Assembly: GCA_016223045.1 (NCBI GenBank)
Contig: JACRPT010000037.1
Location: 1 to 62,435, forward strand
Direction: 5' to 3'
DNA from: Candidatus Eiseniibacteriota bacterium
GTDB taxonomy: Bacteria > Eisenbacteria > RBG-16-71-46
DNA length: 62,435 nucleotides
The position numbers were made by a program, and so were the translations under genes. Below, one piece after another: positions 1-8,041 of this stretch. The notes beneath the pieces were generated by a model, which saw nothing but the letters and a program-made list of their open reading frames with translations, searched no databases and was not told where the DNA came from. Numbering within the stretch: position 1 is the first letter of the stretch; each line of letters begins with the position of its first letter.

Positions 1-88
1 GCGCCGCCCGCGCGCGGAGAAGCTCCGGCGCGAAGCCCGGTCGCTCGCCCGCCTGCTGCTCGCCCCGGCGCGCCGCCTGCCGCGGCTC
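1..88 (+). repeat. Copy A of an ~88-nt dispersed direct repeat (partner 6454..6541)
   Basis: Hand alignment of nt 1-88 against 6454-6541 shows 7 mismatches. Similarity may continue upstream of the window edge. Confidence 0.85.
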
Positions 89-319
89 GGGGTTCGCATC
101 GCCGAGGTCCGCCTGGAACGCTCCCGCGGCGGGCGCCCCTCGGACCGCACAGGAAACCCGGGCCGAGTTGCCGGGTTCTCGCTCCCCCCCGGCGCCTCCT
201 CTCACGAACCGGTTGGCTTGGCCGACCACGCCGCGCCCGACAGGTTCGGCCGGGACTACTCCGATTCCAGCTCCAGGGAATCGCTTGCAACATGGAGAAG
301 GCGGCCCTACTTTAGCTGA
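2..319 (+). CDS. 5'-truncated ORF at the window edge. Its first ~29 codons copy an internal segment of the 6071..7978 gene and the rest is unrelated (possible gene remnant or short paralog).
   Basis: Frame-2 translation RRPRAEKLRREARSLARLLLAPARRLPRL... matches RRPRAEKLRREAESLARLLLAPARRLPRL in the 6071 ORF. The frame is open from the window edge to TGA 317-319. Confidence 0.3.
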   Translation, partial: RRPRAEKLRREARSLARLLLAPARRLPRLGVRIAEVRLERSRGGRPSDRTGNPGRVAGFSLPPGASSHEPVGLADHAAPDRFGRDYSDSSSRESLATWRRRPYFS

Positions 320-495
320 CGGATGACTTGCGGCATGCCTGACTGCAGCTTGCCACATCACGTCCCCGGGTGCACCCGGCCGCGCACCGGGTCGTCGGAC
401 TTCGCTTCGTGACCCTGCCACGGCCAGCGTGTCATCGGATGTTGGACGCGAGGTGCGCCCGCGGCCGCCAGAAGCGTTCTGACGAGGAGGCGAGC

Positions 496-1245
496 GTGAA
501 GAGCCCACTGGTCGTGCTGATGTTCATGGTCGAAGTCCTGGCGCTGGCCTCCGAGGCCCCGGCCGCCGGCGTCAACTTCTCCTGGGACGCTTGCACGGCA
601 GAAGGGGGGGTGCAGAGCAAGACGTTCGCCTGCAACACGAATGCTGGTTCCCGGGCGGCGTGGGGCTCGTTCGTCGTCGCAGCCGCCCAGGACAGCTTCG
701 TCGGCGTCGAGGTGGTGATCAACGTCCAGGCCCAGAGCGACACGCTGCCCGACTGGTGGCAGTTCTTCAACTCCGGGGCCTGTCGCCAGACCGCGCTCTC
801 GACCTCCTTCGACTTCACCTCCGCTCCCGGGACCACTTGCACCGATCCATGGTTCGGGCTAGCGGCGGGTGGCTGGGCGGCCTACCACACGATCAACACC
901 GTGCCGCCGGTGCCGAGCGGTTTGGCCAATGCGGCGCGGATCAAGATCGGTGCGGCCGTGTCCAGCACGAGTCCGCTCAGCCTGGCGGCGGGGACCGAGT
1001 ACTACTGCTTCAGACTTGTCCTCACGAACGCCAAGACCGTTGGCAGCGGGGCGTGCAGCGGCTGCGATGTGCCGGTCTGTCTGACGCTCTCGGAGATCAA
1101 GGTGGCGCAGCTCAACGGCGCGGTCGAGGCCCTGACCCAGCCGATCTCCCAGAACGTCGTGTACTGGCAGTCGAGTGGTGGGAGCTGCGGGACGACCGCG
1201 CCTCGGAACACCACTTGGGGGCAGATTCGCAGCGTCTTGAGGTAG
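496..1245 (+). CDS. Secreted hypothetical protein (Cys-containing, no family recognised)
   Basis: SD GAGGAGG lies 5 nt before GTG 496. Signal-peptide-like N-terminus VKSPLVVLMFMVEVLALASEAPAAG. The protein ends ...TTWGQIRSVLR. Confidence 0.55.
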   Translation: MKSPLVVLMFMVEVLALASEAPAAGVNFSWDACTAEGGVQSKTFACNTNAGSRAAWGSFVVAAAQDSFVGVEVVINVQAQSDTLPDWWQFFNSGACRQTALSTSFDFTSAPGTTCTDPWFGLAAGGWAAYHTINTVPPVPSGLANAARIKIGAAVSSTSPLSLAAGTEYYCFRLVLTNAKTVGSGACSGCDVPVCLTLSEIKVAQLNGAVEALTQPISQNVVYWQSSGGSCGTTAPRNTTWGQIRSVLR

Positions 1246-1343
1246 CGGCGATGAACTCCCCTCGCATGTACCCCGACTCGTCCACCCGCCTCAAGCAGCT
1301 GCGAACATCGCTTGGACCCCGACTCTTGGTGGAGGTTCTCTCC

Positions 1344-3440
1344 ATGCGCCGCAAGTGCTGGTTGACCGCGCTTTTCCTCGTGCTGATCCCCCAGGCGTCA
1401 CCCGCTATCCAGTTGCACTGGAGTTCCGGAGTGGACACCCTGACTTGCACGGCGGCGACGCGCTGCACGTTGGTCGTGCAGGCCGACGCCGCCGAGCAGC
1501 GGCTGCCGGCGGAGTGGCGCCTGCTGTGGGTGGCGGATAGCTCTTCGGTCCAGTTCATCGCGATGGATTCCCTCGAAGCCTGCCTGCTCGACGCAGCGCA
1601 GGTTTCCCGGATCGAAGGACCGGCGACGGCCGCAGACACGGCCGCCAACCTGATCACGGAGCGTTTCTGCTCCACCGGGAGCAATCCGGCGACCGCCCAC
1701 CAGGTCCTGGACCTTCCAGCGGGTGGCCACGGCAAGTTCAAAGTCGTCGCGCTCGACCCGACGGATCCCGACTCGGGCCGGGTCATCGAGTCGAACGAGG
1801 TCGCGTACAATGGAGGCGTCGAAGGCGCCTACGCACCGGTGCTCCTGCGAGCTTCCAGCACGCACGAGACCGCCTTGCTCCGGGTGACCGCTGTCGGGGC
1901 CGGACTCGCGTCGGTGCAGGCGATCAGGGTCGGGTCGCCGGACAACCTCTGGAGCGTCCCGCTCACGGTCGAGCAGCAGAGCAACACGAGCATCACCGCG
2001 ACCGCCGACGTATGTGTGCCCTTGCCGCAAGCCGTCGTCCAGGCAGGATCGTCGACCGCGCCCTCGGATCAGGCGCCACTTGCTGCTGACCAGATCATCA
2101 CCGCCGCGGTGATGTCCGCCGGCACCGACACGATTCTCTTCCGCGACCCCAATCCCTCGATCTACCCCAAGGACTTCGCCTTCCACTACAACTCGGTCTA
2201 CGACCCCACCGACCCCGCTCACCCGTGGAAGGGGATCTTCCATCTCTTGTACATCCGCAACAAAGCCGGCCTCGACAGCATCATCGCCCACGCGTGGACC
2301 GACTCGCTCGGCAAGCCCTGGTCCGTGGACTCGATGGCGTTCCGACCCAGCGGCATCGGCTGGGACAAGAAGAAGTGCTGGGCACCGTCCATCCAACAGG
2401 TCGGCAATCTGACCTACATGTTCTACACGGGAGTGGATTCCCTCGGCAATCAGAGCATCGGCTACGCCACCACGCCGATGCTTGGGACCGCGAACATCTC
2501 TTGGACTCGCAAGGCCTCGCCCTCCTACAGGGCGACGGACGCGTCATCTTGGGCTGATGCCACCGGGCATCAAGTACCAGGTGTTGTCCAGTTCCGGGAC
2601 CCGTTCGTCATGCCCGATCCTGACGTCACGAACTACCCTGGCCGCTACCTCCTTTTCAACGCTGGGGAGCATGCTGCGCTACCCACCCACTACACGATAG
2701 GCGTCGCTCGCAATGACGTTGGAACGCTCGACTTTTGGAGAGACCTTAGGAACTACGAAGCAACTGCTCACAACCACCTCGCCGTCTCTGGCTCGCTCGA
2801 ATCACCGCTGGTCGTCCGCGATTCGCTGACCGGCGCGTGGCGCATGTTCGTCGCGAACGCCGACTACGACACGAACGGCTACTACTCGACGATCTTCCTG
2901 ACCGAAACGGTTGGCGACAGCCTCACCGACATCCGGGCCTCCGCGTGGCCGCAGCGCGACTCGCTCTACCACTACGTCGGCGACGACGCCGACGTGGTCG
3001 GTTGGCAGGCGTGCGAGCACCTCCAGATCGGCCAGGTGCACTTCTTCGCCGCCTACGAGGGCAATGGCATCGGCATCACCCGCATGCACTGGGATCCGGT
3101 CGCGCAGAAGTTCATCTTCGTGCATCCCGACGTTACGGGTGTGCCACCTGGCACGGACCGAAGCGGCGTGCGCTTCTTCTTCTCGGAACTACGGCCCACC
3201 GCGGGGATCGTCCGCTTTGCGCTCGAGTCGGCAAGCGCGATTGCGCCGCGGCTGATGGTGTATGACGTCACGGGGAGACGGGTTCGCAAGCTGACGGACG
3301 GCCGCGCCATGCAGGGACGCTCGGAAGTCACGTGGGATTGCCGCGACGAGGCCGGGAAACCCGTGCCCACCGGGATCTACTTTGCGCGGATGACCGAGGC
3401 TGGAAGAGCGCAGGTCGTGCGCGTCCCAATCGTCCGGTAG
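1344..3440 (+). CDS. Secreted protein with a GH32/43/68-like five-bladed beta-propeller region and a T9SS-type (FlgD-Ig-like) C-terminal domain
   Basis: GGAGG lies upstream of ATG 1344, followed by signal peptide MRRKCWLTALFLVLIPQASPA. Motifs FHLLY, WAPS, FRDPFV and ESP are present. The last ~85 aa (...MVYDVTGRRVRKL...GIYFARM...VRVPIVR) fit the sorting-domain pattern shared by six other proteins here. Confidence 0.7.
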   Translation: MRRKCWLTALFLVLIPQASPAIQLHWSSGVDTLTCTAATRCTLVVQADAAEQRLPAEWRLLWVADSSSVQFIAMDSLEACLLDAAQVSRIEGPATAADTAANLITERFCSTGSNPATAHQVLDLPAGGHGKFKVVALDPTDPDSGRVIESNEVAYNGGVEGAYAPVLLRASSTHETALLRVTAVGAGLASVQAIRVGSPDNLWSVPLTVEQQSNTSITATADVCVPLPQAVVQAGSSTAPSDQAPLAADQIITAAVMSAGTDTILFRDPNPSIYPKDFAFHYNSVYDPTDPAHPWKGIFHLLYIRNKAGLDSIIAHAWTDSLGKPWSVDSMAFRPSGIGWDKKKCWAPSIQQVGNLTYMFYTGVDSLGNQSIGYATTPMLGTANISWTRKASPSYRATDASSWADATGHQVPGVVQFRDPFVMPDPDVTNYPGRYLLFNAGEHAALPTHYTIGVARNDVGTLDFWRDLRNYEATAHNHLAVSGSLESPLVVRDSLTGAWRMFVANADYDTNGYYSTIFLTETVGDSLTDIRASAWPQRDSLYHYVGDDADVVGWQACEHLQIGQVHFFAAYEGNGIGITRMHWDPVAQKFIFVHPDVTGVPPGTDRSGVRFFFSELRPTAGIVRFALESASAIAPRLMVYDVTGRRVRKLTDGRAMQGRSEVTWDCRDEAGKPVPTGIYFARMTEAGRAQVVRVPIVR

Positions 3441-3454
3441 TGAGACCAGGAGGA

Positions 3455-5989
3455 ATGGTCCGGCGCGTGCATGGGGCTGGCCCGAGGTCTCGCGGGCGAG
3501 CGACGAGAACGGCAGTGTCCTACCTCATCAAGCCGAAGTGTGCCGCCTTGGCGGGGCTTCGATCGCTCGCGCCTACGACCGGGCTGTTGCTGGCTACGCT
3601 GGTTGGAACTGCCTGCGGCCAGGCCGTGGACACCACGACGTGGGGGTTCAGCCCGGGCGCCAACGTGCTGGCCATCGCTCGGAATGGCAACACAATCTAC
3701 CTTGGCGGCAACTTCAACTACATCGGCCCCTCGACGGGGGGCGGCGTGCCGGTCAACGCTCGCTCCGCCATCCCGCTCACGCGTTACCCTCGCGTCGTCG
3801 GCCGAGTCTATGCGGTCGTGGCCGATGGCGGAGGCGGCTGGTACATCGGTGGACGGTTTTCCCACGTCGGAGGGCAGCCACGAGTCAATCTCGCCCACAT
3901 CCTTGCGGACGGGAGCGTGTCTGCGTGGGCACCGGATCCGGACCAGCAGGTGTGGGCGATCACGTTGGTGGGCGAAACCCTCTACGTGGGCGGCGACTTC
4001 AACTTCGTCGGGGGCGAGCCGCGAGCGCATCTCGCCGCGCTGAGTCCATCGAGCAGCACGCCACTTCCGTGGACGTGCGACATCAATAGCCGGGTGACGG
4101 CGCTCGTGGCAAGCGGGCCTACGCTCTACGTGGGCGGATGGTTCGCGTACGTCGCGGGGCAGCCCTGGTCCTATGTCGCAGCGGTAGACTTGGCGAGCGG
4201 GGTGCCGACGCCGTGGCAGGTGAACCTCGACGATCAGGTGAAGGCGCTGGCGTTGCAGGACACCACGCTCTACATCGGCGGGTACTTCTCGACTGCAAAC
4301 GGAGAGTTCCATCGGTGTCTCGTGGCGGTCGGTACGGAGACCGGTTCGGTACACGCATGGGATCCAGGTCTCGAGCGAACCCCGATCTGGAGCATCGACT
4401 TTGGGCCTCACGTCAACGCCCTGCTGATCGATGGTCGATCGCTGTTCGTGGCAGGGTCGTACTCGAAGCTCGGGGGCCAAACCCGGCGAGGGATTGCGCA
4501 GCTCGATCTGGCTGCTGGTCAAGCCACATCATGGACCGTGACGGCGACCTTCCCCAGGAGTGTCGGTGCAGAGTTCTGGTCGCTGCTGCGCTCGGGGGAC
4601 ACGCTCTTCGTCGCGGGAGAGTACGACTCGCTCGGCGGCGTTCCCGCAACCAACGCCTCGGCGTTGAGCGTCAGGACCGGGGAGCGGTTCGATTGGGACC
4701 CTCGCACGAACGACTATGTCTTCTCGCTCGCCCTCCAGGGAGGTGTGCTCTACGTCGGCGGTTGGTTCACCTCGGTAGGGGAGTGGGTGGAGCGGCGCTG
4801 CCTCGCTGCGATTGACGCCAACACTGGTCGTGTCACGGATTGGGATCCGCGCGCGAACAGCGGCGTGAGGAGTCTGCTCGTCCACGGTGGGAAAGTCTTC
4901 GTGGGCGGGAACTTCGACGTTGTGGGCGGGCAACCGCGCAGCTACATCGCTGCGCTCGACCCAGCCACGGGCCTGGCCCTCCCTTGGAATCCTGGCGCGA
5001 ACTCGACGGTCTACTCAGTGGTACGAATGAGCGACGCGGTGGTGGCCTGCGGGCTGTTCAGCTCAATCGGCGGCGAGCCGCGGCGAGGCCTTGCCGCGAT
5101 CGACACGTCTACCGGCCTTGCCACTGCGTGGAATCCGCAGGCTGGTGGCGACGTCTACAGCGTCGCCGTGAGCGATTCGGTGGTCTATGTCGGCGGCGAT
5201 TTCCTCACCGCGGGTGGGCAGTCCCGCAGGTCACTGGCCGCTCTCGATCCGGTGACCGGGATGGCTACACCCTGGAATCCCGGCACCGACGGGTCCATCG
5301 ACGCGATCACCTTGCTTGACGGGACCATCTACGTGGGCGGCTGGTTCCACAACGTCGGCGGGCTACCACGTGACTTCCTTGCGGCCTTCGATCGTTCGGG
5401 GACAGTGACGCCATGGGCGCCCAATGCATTCGGCCCCGAAGGCAGCACCCGCATTCACGCGCTCGCGGCCAGCGATAGTACGGTCTTCGCCGGCGGCTAT
5501 TTCTCCGGCGTGTCCGGTGAGTCCCGCGAGTACTTCGCGGCCATGGACGCGAAGACCGCTGCCGTTCGGCACTCGTACCCGACCCTCGACGGTCAGGTAT
5601 TGGCGCTTGCGGCGAGCGATGGCAGCATCTACGTTGGCGGCGGATTCGGAAGAGTGGGTTCCTGGCCGATCATTTGTTTCGCGGCCATCATGCCGCCGCA
5701 GCCGCCGGGTTCGACTGTGGGTCGGGAGCTGAGCTTGGCTCAATGCGCGCCCAATCCGGTGCTGGATCAAGCGGTGATCCGCTACTCCCTCCCCGCTAGT
5801 CATAGCGTCAGCTTGACCGTGTTCGACCTACAAGGGCGTTCCGTGGCCACGGTCCTCTCGGAGGTCTGGCAGACCGCCGGCCCCCACCAGGTATCCCTGT
5901 CCACGGCCGGCTGGCGACCGGGTTGCTACCTGTACCGGCTCGAGGCCGGAAGCTTGAGCGCCGCGCGGAAAATGGTGGTCATCAGGTAA
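3455..5989 (+). CDS. Beta-propeller repeat protein (delta-60 / DUF5122-like ~55-60 aa repeats) with a T9SS-type C-terminal domain
   Basis: AGGAGGA lies before ATG 3455. About a dozen tandem repeats follow the form LYVGGxFxxVGGxxRxxLAALDxxTGxxxxWNP. C-terminus ...GCYLYRLEAGSLSAARKMVVIR. Paralog of 59194..61689(-). The exact start is uncertain. Confidence 0.75.
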   Translation: MVRRVHGAGPRSRGRATRTAVSYLIKPKCAALAGLRSLAPTTGLLLATLVGTACGQAVDTTTWGFSPGANVLAIARNGNTIYLGGNFNYIGPSTGGGVPVNARSAIPLTRYPRVVGRVYAVVADGGGGWYIGGRFSHVGGQPRVNLAHILADGSVSAWAPDPDQQVWAITLVGETLYVGGDFNFVGGEPRAHLAALSPSSSTPLPWTCDINSRVTALVASGPTLYVGGWFAYVAGQPWSYVAAVDLASGVPTPWQVNLDDQVKALALQDTTLYIGGYFSTANGEFHRCLVAVGTETGSVHAWDPGLERTPIWSIDFGPHVNALLIDGRSLFVAGSYSKLGGQTRRGIAQLDLAAGQATSWTVTATFPRSVGAEFWSLLRSGDTLFVAGEYDSLGGVPATNASALSVRTGERFDWDPRTNDYVFSLALQGGVLYVGGWFTSVGEWVERRCLAAIDANTGRVTDWDPRANSGVRSLLVHGGKVFVGGNFDVVGGQPRSYIAALDPATGLALPWNPGANSTVYSVVRMSDAVVACGLFSSIGGEPRRGLAAIDTSTGLATAWNPQAGGDVYSVAVSDSVVYVGGDFLTAGGQSRRSLAALDPVTGMATPWNPGTDGSIDAITLLDGTIYVGGWFHNVGGLPRDFLAAFDRSGTVTPWAPNAFGPEGSTRIHALAASDSTVFAGGYFSGVSGESREYFAAMDAKTAAVRHSYPTLDGQVLALAASDGSIYVGGGFGRVGSWPIICFAAIMPPQPPGSTVGRELSLAQCAPNPVLDQAVIRYSLPASHSVSLTVFDLQGRSVATVLSEVWQTAGPHQVSLSTAGWRPGCYLYRLEAGSLSAARKMVVIR

Positions 5990-6070
5990 GGGCATCCTGC
6001 CCCCCATCCGCGATGCTCCCTCGCCGCACGCGGTAGCCCGGCCGGTGACGAACGGCTAGAGTACGCGGTC

Positions 6071-7978
6071 ATGTCCGCGCGCCCGGGGCTCGTCCGCGCC
6101 GCCGTCGTTCTCGCCCTCGCCGCGCTCGCCCTGCTCGGAGCGCGCGCGGCCGGCCGCGCGGTGGTCGCCGCGCGCATCCGCCACGCCGCGTCCGGGCGCG
6201 GGCTCAGCGCGAGCTGGCACACGCTCGCGCTCGCCTTCCCGCTCGAGGCCCGCGTCACCGGCCTCGCCCTCACCGACGCGCGCGGCGACACGCTGGTGCG
6301 CGCCGACTCGCTCGTCGCCGCGCTCGACCCGTGGTCGCTGCTCGTCCTCCATCCACGTCCGGGCCGCCTCGCGCTCTCCCACGCGTGGCTGCGTCCCGGC
6401 GCGCGCGCCGCGGCGGCGGCCGACACGCTGGCGCCCGAGGAGGAGGAAGCGCCGCGCCGCCCGCGCGCGGAGAAGCTCCGGCGCGAGGCGGAATCGCTCG
6501 CCCGCCTGCTGCTCGCGCCGGCCCGCCGCCTGCCGCGGCTCATGGTGCGCGACGTGACGCTCGAGGTGCCGCCCGGCGACGAGGCGCTCCTGCGCGGCGT
6601 GCGGCTCGCGTGGCTCGACCTCGACCGGTCGCCCGCCGGCGTGCGGCTGCGCGCGGCGGGCTCCCTGGCGCTGCAGGACGAGGTGAGCTTCGACCTCGCG
6701 ATTGCCTGGGACCACGACGACCGCCTGGCCGGCGGCGCGCGCTTCGTGCTCGCGTCCGGCGGCGCGCGAAGCGAGACGCTCGCCGTGAGCGTGGACGGCG
6801 CGCTGGCGCAGGATCGGCGCGCCGGGGTGCTGCGGCTCGCCGACACGACGCGCGTGCGGCTGGGCCGGCTGCCGTTCACGCTGGGCGGCGCGCTCCAGCG
6901 CGCGGGACCGCAGGTCGCGTTGCGACTCGCGGCCGACGGCATCACCCGGGCGCGCATCGCGGAAAGCCTCCCGCGCGCGGTGCTGGGACCGCTCGAGGGG
7001 CTCGCGATACAGGGCTCGTTCGACTACCGGCTGGGGCTCGACCTCGACCTGGCGCGGCCCGACAGCGTGGACTTCAGCGCCGACGTCATCCCGCACGGCC
7101 TGGCGCTCGACGCGGAACGCACCACGCTCGACCTGCTCTCGCTCGATCAGCCCTTCGTCGCGCGCATCCACCTGCCGCACGACCGCATGGTGGAGCGCGA
7201 GCTGTCGAGCGCCAACCCGTACTTCCGCCCGCTCGAGGCGCTGGACTCGCTGCTGGTCCACGCCGTGATCACCAACGAGGACGGCGCCTTCTTCCGCCAC
7301 CGCGGATTCAACACCGAGGCCATCAAGCTCGCCATCGCCGAGAACCTGCGGGCCGGCGCCTACCGGCGCGGCGCCGGCACCATCACCATGCAGCTCGCGC
7401 GCAACCTGTGGCTGGGCCACGCGCGCACGCTCTCGCGCAAGGCGCAGGAGGTGGTGCTGGCGTGGGTGCTCGAGCACCTGACCGGGCTCTCGAAGCGCCG
7501 CCTGCTCGAGATCTACCTCAACATCATCGAGTGGGGGCCCGGCGTCCACGGCGCGGGCGAGGCGGCGCGCTGGTACTTCGACGAGGATGCCGCGCATCTC
7601 ACGGTGGACGAGGCGCTGTTCCTCACCACCGTGATTCCGGCCCCCGCGAAGTGGAGGTACCGCTTCGCGCCCGACGGCTCACTGCGCCCCTTCGAGCGCG
7701 CGCAGATGCACTTCATCGGCCGCGCCATGATCGCGAAGGGCTGGTTGGCTCCCGAGTCGCTGCCGGAGCGCGACTCGCTGCGGGTCGAGCTGCGCGGGCC
7801 GGCGCGCGAGGTGCTGTTCCCGCCGGACTCGTCTGCGGTGGGCGGGGCCGCCCCGGGCGACAGCGCGGTGGCGGATGCGCGGCCTGCTGCCGGGCGACGC
7901 GGTCGGGGCGCGCTTCCACCCGGACGCCGTGCCGGCGCCGGGCGACTTCGGGCAGACCGCGCCGCCCGTGTAGGATGA
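6071..7978 (+). CDS. Peptidoglycan glycosyltransferase (GT51 transglycosylase domain) with a ~330-aa N-terminal extension of unknown function
   Basis: GT51 motif series is present: EDGAFFRHRGF, GAGTITMQLARNL, SRKAQEVVLAWVLE. N-terminal signal-anchor MSARPGLVRAAVVLALAALALLGA. Confidence 0.8.
   Translation: MSARPGLVRAAVVLALAALALLGARAAGRAVVAARIRHAASGRGLSASWHTLALAFPLEARVTGLALTDARGDTLVRADSLVAALDPWSLLVLHPRPGRLALSHAWLRPGARAAAAADTLAPEEEEAPRRPRAEKLRREAESLARLLLAPARRLPRLMVRDVTLEVPPGDEALLRGVRLAWLDLDRSPAGVRLRAAGSLALQDEVSFDLAIAWDHDDRLAGGARFVLASGGARSETLAVSVDGALAQDRRAGVLRLADTTRVRLGRLPFTLGGALQRAGPQVALRLAADGITRARIAESLPRAVLGPLEGLAIQGSFDYRLGLDLDLARPDSVDFSADVIPHGLALDAERTTLDLLSLDQPFVARIHLPHDRMVERELSSANPYFRPLEALDSLLVHAVITNEDGAFFRHRGFNTEAIKLAIAENLRAGAYRRGAGTITMQLARNLWLGHARTLSRKAQEVVLAWVLEHLTGLSKRRLLEIYLNIIEWGPGVHGAGEAARWYFDEDAAHLTVDEALFLTTVIPAPAKWRYRFAPDGSLRPFERAQMHFIGRAMIAKGWLAPESLPERDSLRVELRGPAREVLFPPDSSAVGGAAPGDSAVADARPAAGRRGRGALPPGRRAGAGRLRADRAARVG
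6454..6541 (+). repeat. Copy B of the ~88-nt dispersed direct repeat (partner 1..88), internal to the GT51 gene
   Basis: See the copy A entry (1..88). Confidence 0.85.
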
Positions 7979-8041
7979 TCGCGCCGGAGCCGCAGCAGCG
8001 GCTCCGCGGATCCCACCTCCCACCGCACGGGAGTCCCGCCG

